Shown here piece by piece: positions 21,401-33,139 of a stretch of 64,000 bases of DNA. This DNA comes from Eledone cirrhosa. Its lineage: Eukaryota. The notes beneath the pieces were generated by a model. It saw only the letters and a list, made by a program, of their open reading frames with translations. It was not told where the DNA came from and searched no databases. The translations under genes and the position numbers were made by a program. How positions within the stretch are numbered: the stretch's first letter is position 1; each line of letters starts with the position of its first letter. The DNA is taken from NCBI GenBank assembly GCA_964016885.1, contig OZ024744.1:126170001-126234000 (forward strand), read 5' to 3'.

Positions 21401-24400
21401 ATTTTCATAAAGAAATTCCGAAAAACCCAGTTTTAAATCTGATTTCGCCAAAGAATTTTGGCTATCAGATCGGGTTGAAAGGTATGGTTTCAGGTCGATC
21501 TGAAAGTCTAAAATGGAATTCACTCGGTTAGCTAACTATTGATATATCGGAGATATCTTTCTGAAAATCACACCACACACTCCCAATGAGTGTCTGCACA
21601 TGTACCAGTAATTACAGATGGATCCCACCACGGGCGGCCGGCCCACGATCGAAAAGGTTACTCCGAAGCACACCATTCGCCGGCGGAATTCATTTAGCAT
21701 GGGCAGTTTTTCTCGAAAATCACACCACACACAGCCAATGAGTGTCCGCACATGTACCAGTAATTACAGATGGATCCCACCACGGGCGGCTGGCCCACGA
21801 TCGAAAAGGTTACTCCGCCTGCAAACGGTCATTTTCGAATTCGTTTTCTTCGAAGCACACGATTCGCCGGCGGACTTCAGCTGCCTCATTTAGCATGGGC
21901 AGTTTTTCTCGAAAATCACACCACACACAGCAAATGTGTGTCCGCACATGTACCAGTAATTACAGATCGATTCCGGTGAAAATTCACTGAAAACGGGCCA
22001 TTCGGCCCTGTGCGTCGATCGTGGGCCGGCCGGATGTTGACGGATCGATGTGTAATTAGAAGTACATGTGCGGACACTCATTGGCTGTGCGTGGTATGCA
22101 TTTCAGCAAGATATCTCCGTAACATCAAGAGTTATGGCTGTGGAGGCACACCTAGTCAAACGTAAACAAGCTCTGGAGCGTATACGCTTCGCGATTTTGT
22201 TTACGTTTGACTAGGTGTGCCTCCACAGCCACAACTCTTGATGTTACGGAGATATCTTGCTGAAATGCATACCACGCACAGCCAATGAGTGTCCGCACAT
22301 GTACTTCTAATTACACATCGATCCGTCAACATCCGGCCGGCCCACGATCGACGCACAGGGCCGGATGGCCCGTTTGCAGTGAATTTTCACCGGAATCGAT
22401 CTGTAATTACTGGTACATGTGCGGACACACATTTGCTGTGTGTGGTGTGATTTTCACGAAAAACTGCCCATGCTAAATGAGGAAGCTGAAGTCCGCCGGC
22501 GAATGGTGTGCTTCGAAGAAAACTAATTCGAAAATGACCGTTTGCAGGCGGAGTAACCTTTTCGATCGTGGGCCAGCCGCCCGTGGTGGGATCCATCTGT
22601 AATTACTGGTACATGTGCGGACACACATTTGCTGTGTGTGGTGTGATTTTCGAGAAAGACTGCCCATGCTAAATGAGGAAGCTGAAGTCCGCCGGCGAAT
22701 GGTGTGCTTCGAAGAAAACTAATTCGAAAATGACTATTTGCCGGCGGAATCACCTTTTCGGTCCTGGTCCGGCCGGATCTTGCCGGATCGATCGGAAATT
22801 TGTGGACCATGTTCGGAAGGCCATTGTGCATGTGTGGTGAAAAAAATTTGTGTCGAAATCTTCTCGGAAAATAACGGATCGCCGGCGGAGATTGCCATTT
22901 CGATCGTGGGCCGGCCGGATCTTGTCGGATCGATTCGGACATATGTGCATCGTGTTCGCAAGGCCCTTGTCTATGTGTGGTGTGATTTTCATAAAGAAAT
23001 TCCGAAAAACCCAGTTTTAAATCTGATTTCGCCAAAGAATTTTGGCTATCAGATCGGGTTGAAAGGTATGGTTTCAGGTCGATCTGAAAGTCTAAAATGG
23101 AATTCACTCGGTTAGCTAACTTTTGATATATCGGAGATATCTTTCTGAAAATCACACCACACACTCCCAATGAGTGTCTGCACATGTACCAGTAATTACA
23201 GATGGATCCCACCACGGGCGGCCGGCCCACGATCGAAAAGGTTACTCCGAAGCACACCATTCGCCGGCGGAATTCATTTAGCATGGGCAGTTTTTCTCGA
23301 AAATCACACCACACACAGCCAATGAGTGTCCGCACATGTACCAGTAATTACAGATGGATCCCACCACGGGCGGCTGGCCCACGATCGAAAAGGTTACTCC
23401 GCCTGCAAACGGTCATTTTCGAATTAGTTTTCTTCGAAGCACACCATTCGCCGGCGGACTTCAGCTTCCTCATTTAGCATGGGCAGTTTTTCTCGAAAAT
23501 CACACCACACACAGCAAATGTGTGTCCGCACATGTACCAGTAATTACAGATCGATTCCGGTGAAAATTCACTGAAAACGGGCCATTCTGCCCTGTGCGTC
23601 GATCGTGGGCCGGCCGGATGTTGACGGATCGATGTGTAATTAGAAGTACATGTGCGGACACTCATTGGCTGTGCGTGGTATGCATTTCAGCAAGATATCT
23701 CCTTAACATCAAGAGTTATGGCTGTGGAGGCACACCTAGTCAAACGTAAACAAGCTCTGGAGCGTATACGCTTCGCGATTTTGTTTACGTTTGACTAGGT
23801 GTGCCTCCACAGCCACAACTCTTGATGTTACGGAGATATCTTGCTGAAATGCATACCACGCACAGCCAATGAGTGTCCGCACATGTACTTCTAATTACAC
23901 ATCGATCCGTCAACATCCGGCCGGCCCACGATCGACGCACAGGGCCGGATGGCCCGTTTTCAGTGAATTTTCACCGGAATCGATCTGTAATTACTGGTAC
24001 ATGTGCGGACACACATTTGCTGTGTGTGGTGTGATTTTCACGAAAAACTGCCCATGCTAAATGAGGAAGCTGAAGTCCGCCGGCGAATGGTGTGCTTCGA
24101 AGAAAACTAATTCGAAAATGACCGTTTGCAGGCGGAGTAACCTTTTCGATCGTGGGCCAGCCGCCCGTGGTGGGATCCATCTGTAATTACTGGTACATGT
24201 GCGGACACACATTTGCTGTGTGTGGTGTGATTTTCGAGAAAGACTGCCCATGCTAAATGAGGAAGCTGAAGTCCGCCGGCGAATGGTGTGCTTCGAAGAA
24301 AACTAATTCGAAAATGACTATTTGCCGGCGGAATCACCTTTTCGGTCCTGGTCCGGCCGGATGTTGCCGGATCGATCGGAAATTTGTGGACCATGTTCGG

Positions 24401-25492
24401 AAGGCCATTGTGCATGTGTGGTGAAAAAAATTTGTGTCGAAATCTTCTCGGAAAATAACGGATCGCCGGCGGAGATTGCCATTTCGATCGTGGGCCGGCC
24501 GGATCTTGTCGGATCGATTCGGACATATGTGCATCGTGTTCGCAAGGCCCTTGTCTATGTGTGGTGTGATTTTCATAAAGAAATTCCGAAAAACCCAGTT
24601 TTAAATCTGATTTCGCCAAAGAATTTTGGCTATCAGATCGGGTTGAAAGGTATGGTTTCAGGTCGATCTGAAAGTCTAAAATGGAATTCACTCGGTTAGC
24701 TAACTATTGATATATCGGAGATATCTTTCTGAAAATCACACCACACACTCCCAATGAGTGTCTGCACATGTACCAGTAATTACAGATGGATCCCACCACG
24801 GGCGGCCGGCCCACGATCGAAAAGGTTACTCCGAAGCACACCATTCGCCGGCGGAATTCATTTAGCATGGGCAGTTTTTCTCGAAAATCACACCACACAC
24901 AGCCAATGAGTGTCCGCACATGTACCAGTAATTACAGATGGATCCCACCACGGGCGGCTGGCCCACGATCGAAAAGGTTACTCCGCCTGCAAACGGTCAT
25001 TTTCGAATTAGTTTTCTTCGAAGCACACCATTCGCCGGCGGACTTCAGCTTCCTCATTTAGCATGGGCAGTTTTTCTTGAAAATCACACCACACACACCA
25101 AATGTGTGTCCGCACATGTACCAGTAATTACAGATCGATTCCGGTGAAAATTCACTGAAAACGGGCCATTCGGCCCTGTGCGTCGATCGTGGGCCGGCCG
25201 GATGTTGACGGATCGATGTGTAATTAGAAGTACATGTGCGGACACTCATTGGCTGTGCGTGGTATGCATTTCACTAAGATATCTCCGTAACATCAAGAGT
25301 TATGGCTGTGGAGGCACACCTAGTCAAACGTAAACAAGGTCTGGAGCGTTTACGCTTCGCGATTTTGTTTACGTTTGACTAGGTGTGCCTCCACAGCGAC
25401 AACTCTTGATGTTACGGAGATATCTTGCTGAAATTCATACCACGCACAGCCAATGAGTGTCCGCACATGTACCTGTAATTACACATCGATCC
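18497..25492. repeat. Fold-back satellite: ~196-bp monomers in alternating orientation, 1,584-bp higher-order period, 5 hairpin centres
   Basis: Identical ORFs appear on opposite strands (18526-18717 minus, 18921-19112 plus). The period is 20306, 21890, 23474, 25058. The centre reads ctagtcaaacgtaaacaa-N27-ttgtttacgtttgactag. Confidence 0.95.
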
Positions 25493-25580
25493 GACGACGG
25501 ACAGAGTATTCGGTTTATTTTCTTGACATATTTCTTTACATATTGTCCAGGCATGCACTTTTTCCATGATTAGTTCTGTT

Positions 25581-25635
25581 GACGGCCCGCTTTCCAAAAT
25601 ACCTTATCCTGTGCAACGCCGGGTACCACTGCTAG
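25581..25635 (+). mobile_element. Helitron-type 3' terminus (hairpin + CTAG)
   Basis: cctgtgcaacgccggg hairpin, then taccactg, then CTAG followed by T and (TA)n. Confidence 0.7.
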
Positions 25636-25854
25636 TATATATATGTGTATGTATATATATATATATATATTGGTAAACGGAATAGAAAATTGTGACAAAT
25701 TGTTCACAGTGAAAAATAGTTTAATTAGGAATAAGTGATAATTAGTAATAGTATTGGTTAGTATTAAGTTTTGGTTTTAAGTTTTACCGGTTGCGCATTT
25801 CTAATGCTTTTCAAAAATAATTTTGAGATAGAGCGTCCGTGATGTTTGCTCTGA

Positions 25855-25904
<50 letters not shown>

Positions 25905-26049
25905 AACAGTAGAAAGGAAAAAGATTTTTTCAGTAGAAATTGCTGAAGAGATTCTTTCAGTGTAATTTCAAAACATTAATTTATTTATAAAGTGGATATT
26001 TCCACATTTAATAATGGCACTGGGTTCAGCATTATATACATTGTCAATT

Positions 26050-26385
26050 GTGGATTCTACTTTTGGCACAAGGGCTGCAATTATCCAGTACATTACTGGT
26101 ACTTTATTATTTATACAAATAATAATTGTTTCTACTTTTGGCACAAGGGCAGCAATTACCCAGTACATTACTGGTACTTTATTATTTATACAAATAATAA
26201 TTGTTTCTACTTTAGGCACAAGGTCAGCAATTACCCAGTACATTACTGGTACTTTATTATTTATACAAATAATAATTGTTTCTACTTTAGGCACAAGGTC
26301 AGCAATTACCCCAGTACTTTATTTTATCGACCCCGTAAGGATGAAAGAAAAGTTAACCTCAACGGGATTTGAACTCAGTCTGTAA
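26050..26385 (-). mobile_element. SINE fragment with its 3' part amplified as a 78-bp tandem repeat (~3.3 copies)
   Basis: ttgtttctactttaggcacaaggtcagcaattacccagtacattactggtactttattatttatacaaataataa repeats run into tcgaccccgtaaggatgaaag...atttgaactcag. Confidence 0.8.
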
Positions 26386-27019
26386 AGGGAGGTAACTGCT
26401 GGATTAATTTGGTTAATTAAGTTAACAGAAATTATGAACCGGTTTCTACAGAGCCTTCTGGACATTTAACCCTTTAGCATTTAAACCAGCCATACCTAGC
26501 CAGAATACTCTCACATCTTTCTGTTCAAACCAGCCATAACTGGCCACTCATACTGACGTTAAGGTATTGTTCTCAATATAAATAATATCAAAATCTCATA
26601 GATTCGATATTATATGAGATAATTATGTAAGATAAAGCCTTTACCACAAAAATACAATAGTATATATAGAGTAATAAAAATGCTAAAGGGTAAAAGTAGC
26701 TTATTATTTTGTGAGCTCTTGCTACTTATTGCTCTTGTGCATCAAGAACATACACAGCTTACATTTTGTTGCTAATCTCACTGAGATCCAACTACATCTC
26801 TTGTTTATCCATAGTTTGGAATTTCTACCTACTCCTTTCCTTTAGAATGATCAAGGCCATTTTCTTGTGGGGATCTAGGCCCTGTTTTCCTTTCTATTTT
26901 GCCAAGTTATCTTACATCACTTTCATTCTAGACCATGCTTCCAGGTTTGGAATTTCTCCTCTAATTTTACCACAGATTAAGTGACAAGGGTTCAATCATG
27001 TGCATACAGGAGTTCCCAT

Positions 27020-28660
27020 GGACAGCCAGTAATATGTAATAGCCTGCAGGATGATAATAAACAGAAGAGGGTTAATTACAGAGCCCTGATAGAGGGTTAA
27101 TAACAGAGCCCTGATAGACTTGTTCACTCAACTCCTCACTATAGCCATCATTACTTTTAACCTTACTGACTGCTCCTCCATACATGGCTTTTACTGCTCT
27201 CACAAGCCACTCATATACCCCTAGTTTTCTAAGTTATACACCAGATTAGGGAAGGGGGAAGTCTCACAGAAGCTCTCTCTGGGTCAACAAATGCCAAGTA
27301 GAGGGGCTTATTTTAGCTAGGTACTACTCTTGCAGTTGCCACACAAGGAAGAGGACATCAGTGGTACTTTTACCTGGCACAAATCCAAACTTCATCTCAT
27401 CTAGGTTAACTTGGTCCCTAATCAGCTGTGTTATAAATCTAACACCTTCATGAAGTGGTCCATCTAATATCTCTATAGTTTTCTAGCTCTAGTACATCTC
27501 CTTTGCCCTTGTAGCAGTTGATGATGATGATACTACACCATTTATTTGGTATGACACCATTTTGTATTACATGCTGTACGATACCAGTGGTTAAGATGTG
27601 ACCCACCATCCCAGATACTTTCAGTATCTCAGCAACTATCACCAATGGACAAGATACTTTCTCTGTCTTCATATCCTTAATTACCTTACTTCATATCCTT
27701 AATTACCTTACTGCTTACTTGTATGGCTGGACCCTCTGTTGGGCCCACTTTCCGTAGACTATCTTCCTCCCATGCATTCTCCTCATTCAGTAATCTTTCA
27801 TAAAGGCATTTCCATGTTACAAAGGTTGGCTGAAAAGTTCATAGACTATCAATGATAGCATGATGCTAGAGCTGTGAAATCTTGCCTGCATTAATTTCAA
27901 CTCTTCTTATTAATAACTGCATTGTTTCCTTCCAGGGACTATGTTGAAAAATAAACCTCATTTGGTCATTCCATGAGTGTATCTTGGTCTGCCTATGAAC
28001 TTTTCAGCTGACCCTATTCAGCATCAGTGAGCCCAAATGCCCCATTATCATCCTGGACACACTTTACCCCAACATCACAATTTGCCCTCACACACTGCCT
28101 CACAATCCTGAACATCTCATGTATTTCATCCTCACATCATAAAACCAACTGAAATTATATATTCTCTGCTTCCCTCCTTGCAAAGAATACTTCTTGCCTA
28201 GCTTCCTGTAGTGTACCCTCCAGCTGCCTCCATTCTGCCATTATTCCATGCCTGTCTCTTGGCCTTAACTGTCTCATCTACCCTAGTGTTTCACCACCAA
28301 GATACTCTCCTCTCTGAAGCCCTGCTCCAGCCACAGATCTAGTTTGACACCTTCAGCAAAGGTTCTTTAAGGAACTCCCACTGTTCCCCTATATTGTATG
28401 TTTCTATTTGTTCTTCCTTACTGTTGTAAAGATCAAACAAAATATCTCTAAATTTGGAACTGGCTGAGGGGTCCTTTAACTTCCATATCCTTCTCCTCCA
28501 AGTTGCCCTCAGTCTTCAAGTTCATCTAAGTCTATGAAATCACTAACTACTGGGTTATGTTGGGAGGTGCATTCTTCCCCAGGGGGTGGGGATTGTGTGT
28601 TTACAAATGTCAATATCTCATCTTCTGGTGAGGATAAAAATCTGACTGGCATGCTCCTCT
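27020..28660 (-). pseudogene. Long, heavily decayed RTE-clade LINE fragment
   Basis: GVIPNKWCSIIIINCYKGKGDVLELENYRDIR (RT N-terminal motif), MKFGFVPGKSTTD, YLAFVD and tggtggtgaaac (decayed WWN) lie on the minus strand. Confidence 0.75.
27820..28017 (+). mobile_element. mariner-derived MITE (~200 bp) nested in the RTE relic
   Basis: Imperfect TIRs ggttggctgaaaagttcatag and ctatgaacttttcagctgacc. Internal gactatgttgaaaaataa encodes DYVEK-stop, the typical mariner transposase C-terminus. A TA dinucleotide sits at the left end. Confidence 0.75.
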
Positions 28661-28729
28661 GACCAATAGGTGTTGAAGTGGTTGTCGGGTAAACGTTAAG
28701 ACCCTCTGATATACATATATATATATATA

Positions 28730-28784
28730 CTAGCAGTGGTACCCGGCGTTGCACGGGATAACGTATTTCGGAACGCGGGCCGCC
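28730..28784 (-). mobile_element. Helitron-type 3' terminus, opposite orientation
   Basis: ctagcagtggtacccggcgttgcacgggataacgtatttcggaacgcgggccgcc is the reverse complement, with a few mismatches, of 25581-25635. Confidence 0.7.
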
Positions 28785-29084
28785 ATCTTCCACTTCAGCC
28801 GGTCGCCCTAAAGTGTTGGCTATTCAGTCTACTTGAGGCCAGTTGGTGAGGGGGGGTAAAGCTTTCAGTGTGCTACTACCCTCACGGTCAAATAGAAAGG
28901 GAGAGGAAGAAAAGTCAGCGTTAATATCGTGCTACACGTTTGAAAGGTTGGATGACCTTAGAGTTCACCAGGGTGGGGGGTTCTAAAAGTATCTATCTTG
29001 GTATTTTATCTTAGAAGTAATCATTACAGAGTGTACTGGGTGTATTTTAGTGGGCAGTAATTCCATAAAGAACACAGTATAATC

Positions 29085-29850
29085 TGTGGACACAAGCCTT
29101 GCAGTGTGATTACAGGCAGGTTAATGGGAAAGATAGATTATATATGTGACATGATGTACATGAGAAGTGAGGACACAGACCACACATGAAATAGATTCCT
29201 ACAACTGTCAGGGAGGCTCCCTAGAATTACAGATGACATATTTCAATATCTCGGTGATCAAGTTAGCAGTGGAGGAAGAATCTCTAAAAGTGTAATACCC
29301 AGGATAAGGACAGGCTGGAAGAAGTTTAGAGTACTGTTCCATCTGTTGACAACAAAGGGCTTCTCTCTCAGAATGGAGGCTAGACTGCTTGATACTTATG
29401 TGTGGTCTGCAATCTACACCCCAGCCATGCCCCTTCCACTACCACTCCTTAGCTATTTCTCTCCATTAATACTCCTCACATTTCAAGCAGTTTTCTCATC
29501 TCAATGAAAGAAAAATATTGGGCTCAAGAGAAGTCTTCAGTTATGCCATGGTGTGGCAACCTCCCTAGGGTTGGGCAGAGTGTAAATGAGAGTGAAATTA
29601 GGTATGAGAGGGATCATATGCAGTATACAAGAGAGTAGATTACATTGGTATGGTCATGTGATGGGTATAAAGGATGACAGCTGTATAAAAATGTGCTGGG
29701 CAATCAAAGTTGATGGAAGTTATGAAGGCGGAAGACCCAGGATGACCTGGGATGAGGTGATAAAAGATGACTTTGCACAATTGCAACTCTCAAAGACAAT
29801 GACACAGGATAGAGATCTTGAGATGTATGCAGCAATACAGAAGGCCTGCT
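29085..29850 (+). pseudogene. RTE-clade LINE 3' fragment
   Basis: FQYLGDQVSSGG, RIRTGWKKFRVL and QESRLHWYGHVMGIKDDSCIKMCWAIKVDGSYEGGRPRMTWDEVIKDD. Confidence 0.85.
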
Positions 29851-29955
29851 TTCCAATGTGCACGGACTCAAACATACATCTAGTAGGCCCCTCCTAACCA
29901 CTATACTCCTTTCCAAACTCCCACACTCCCACTTCTGTACACACCACCTTTAGAC

Positions 29956-30615
29956 TGTAAAGTGGTAGTGTACAAGTCACAACAAAAGCACCCAGTCCAC
30001 TCTGTAAAGTTGATGTGTTGGTGTCATAACAAAAGGCACTCAGTCCACTCTGTAAAGAGGTTGTGTAAGTGTCACAACAAAGACATCTAGTCCACACTGT
30101 AAAGTGGTCATGTAGGTGTCACAACAAAAAGTACCAGTCATTATTGTAAAGTGGTTGTATAGGTGTCATAACAAAAAGCACCCAGTCGACACTGTAAAGT
30201 GGTTGTGTAGGTGTCAGAACCAAAAGCACCCAGTCCACACTGTAAAGTGGTTGTGTAGGTGTCATGACAAAAAGCACCTAGTCCACACAGTAAAGTGGTC
30301 ATGTAGGTGTCATGTCAAAAAGCACCCAGTCCACCCTGTAAAGTGGTTGTGTAGGTGTCATGATAAAAAGCACCCAGTCCACACAGTAAAGTGGTCATGT
30401 AGGTGTCACTAAAAAAGCACCCAGTCTACTCTGTAAAGTGGTCATGTAGGTGTCATGACAAATAGCACCCAGTCCACCCTGTAAAGTGTTCATGTAGGTG
30501 TCATGATGGAGAGTAACCAGTCCACAATGTAAAGTAGCCATGTAGCTGTCACAACAAAGCACCCAGTCCACACTGTAAAGTGGTCATGTAGGTGTCATTT
30601 CAAAAAGCACCCAGG
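29956..30615. repeat. 48-bp minisatellite, ~13-14 copies
   Basis: Unit tgtaaagtggtcatgtaggtgtcatgacaaaaagcacccagtccacac. Inverted copies of the same motif occur at 5020-5165. Confidence 0.92.
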
Positions 30616-30689
30616 TCCATGGCTTGGCCTGCTAACCGACGCTATACCCAAGTCGGTCGCCATGCTTTCCAGCATAGAGTTACGTCTCT

Positions 30690-30810
30690 TTATGGTCTGA
30701 GTTCAAATCACGCCGAGGTTAACTTTGCCTTTCATCCTTACGGGGTCGATAAAATAAAGCACCAGTAATGTACTGGGGTCGATTTAATCGACTTTCCCCT
30801 CCTCTGCCAA
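30690..30810 (+). mobile_element. tRNA-derived SINE with a conserved central domain (cephalopod-type)
   Basis: B-box-like gagttcaaatc, then gcctttcatccttacggggtcgataaaataaagcaccag...tactggggtcgatttaatcgac. Several dispersed copies occur in the window. Confidence 0.75.
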
Positions 30811-30844
30811 ATGACACACACATGCATGGTTCGGGGGAACCTAC

Positions 30845-30906
<62 letters not shown>

Positions 30907-31785
30907 GTAGGTCACTGGTTGAGTCGGTATTAACCACAGTAACTAAGGTACTCAATACATATTAGATATAGGTGTCTTTCTAATTGCTGGCCTTGTTCAT
31001 AAGGTATACACAAGTATGATGTGTGTCTGTTTAACTGTACGTGTGAAAACATCGCGAAATTGCGCCTTTTAATATTTGAATATAAACAGTTAAAAAATAA
31101 TTATTTTAGTAATTTTTAAATATCGATAATGTGTATATAAATATTAGAAATCAATTTAATTAGTTCAGTAACATTACTCGGAGTTAAGATAAACCTTCAT
31201 TTGAAGAAATTCGAGATTTGACCAAATAAATAGATTATGTGATCAATAAAAAAAATATGTATACGCGCTAGAACGACGGGTTGCAGACAGTCAGGCATAC
31301 AGACACATATTTTAAAGCGTGCGACTTTAAAAGTCTTACTCTCTCTCTTTTTAGATAGATAGACTTAATTAAAGCAGTTTCACTCTCTCTATATTTCATC
31401 AGCTCTCTCTCTCTTAAATTGAAAGATTCATTAAGGCTGAAATAATCTAAACAGTAACATCATTTTTCGCCAGCTCTAGCTTGCGTCCAGAGATATACAC
31501 ACACATATATATATATTTTTTTTGTTATCGAGTTGAGCTTTGCCAAGCATAGAATTCCAAATTTGACCATCTCCACTGAAAATGTTCGTGAAATAGTCTT
31601 TAAGAAGCAATTTAATTTTTTCCAACTGAAACTGTAAGTATTTTAAAATTTATTTCAACATGGTCTTAAAAGATTGTTGGCTTTTTTTAAATTCATAACT
31701 ATTTACTATGAAATATAAATTATTAAATCCAATTTATTTGATAACCATGATTTGATTTTATAATTACCTGAATCACGTTAACATG

Positions 31786-31826
<41 letters not shown>

Positions 31827-32079
31827 GTGTGTGTATATATATATATATATAATAATTGTTTCTACGTTACGCAGTGTATTACTGGTACTGTATTTTACGA
31901 TATTAAATATTAAATATTAACTATTAGATATTAAATATTAAATATTAGATATTAGATATTAAATATTAAATATGATATCCCTGAAATATATATAATGAAA
32001 TAAATATGGTTTTATAAATGTAATTTCCATTTGTTTAATATCAAATATATATATATATATATATATGTATTTATGTATA

Positions 32080-32132
<53 letters not shown>

Positions 32133-32362
32133 GAGGCAGACACAGACACAGAATATCGTATATATCACACACACACAATTAAGACTTGACGTGTTGCAGA
32201 CAGCCAGACATACAGAGAGATATTTTAAAGCGTGCGACCTTAAATGCCTTACTCTTTCTCTTATCAAAAGAGAAAGAGTAATGCTAACACTTACGTCTAC
32301 TTCACGCTCTCTTGAACCGTTACAGAAATTGCATCACATCTAATTATAACTTTGTATGTTTG

Positions 32363-32396
<34 letters not shown>

Positions 32397-32399
32397 TAC

Positions 32400-32495
<96 letters not shown>

Positions 32496-32528
32496 GTGTG
32501 TGTGTGTATATATATACACACACACGTG

Positions 32529-32590
<62 letters not shown>

Positions 32591-32641
32591 AATACACACA
32601 CACGTGTGTGTGTATATATATATATATATACACACACACAC

Positions 32642-32724
<83 letters not shown>

Positions 32725-32814
32725 CACACACACGTGTGTGTGTATATATATATATACACACACACACGTGTGTGTGTATATATTTATATATATATATATA
32801 CACACGTGTGTGTG

Positions 32815-32859
<45 letters not shown>

Positions 32860-32863
32860 GTGA

Positions 32864-32894
<31 letters not shown>

Positions 32895-32990
32895 CACGTG
32901 TGTGTGTGTATATATATATATATACACACACACGTGTGTATATATATATATATACATATATATATATACACACACACGTGTGTGTGTATA
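32363..32990. repeat. Compound self-complementary microsatellite [(TA)n(CA)nCG(TG)n]m
   Basis: Seen directly. Confidence 0.95.
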
Positions 32991-33139
32991 TAATAATAAT
33001 AATAATAATGAAATGATTGTGTACAGTGCTCAGGTGCACTACAACTCATCAAAGGTGCATGTATAGTACATAGAATAATGTACAAACATCAGTAAAATGA
33101 ACAGTGCACACATGTGTGCATGTGTATGGAAGGGGCACA

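Noticed and set aside
18526-25597. ORFs of 63-270 aa in the fold-back satellite
   Set aside because: They are mirror-image ORFs on both strands caused by the inverted repeats, with no transposase or other motifs.
30116-30412. Cys/His-rich repeat ORF resembling a zinc finger (KWLCRCHDKKHPVH)
   Set aside because: It is a translation of the 48-bp minisatellite. The spacing does not fit C2H2 and adjacent units have stops or frameshifts.
32297-33085. YI/CV/HT-rich ORFs
   Set aside because: They are translations of dinucleotide microsatellites.
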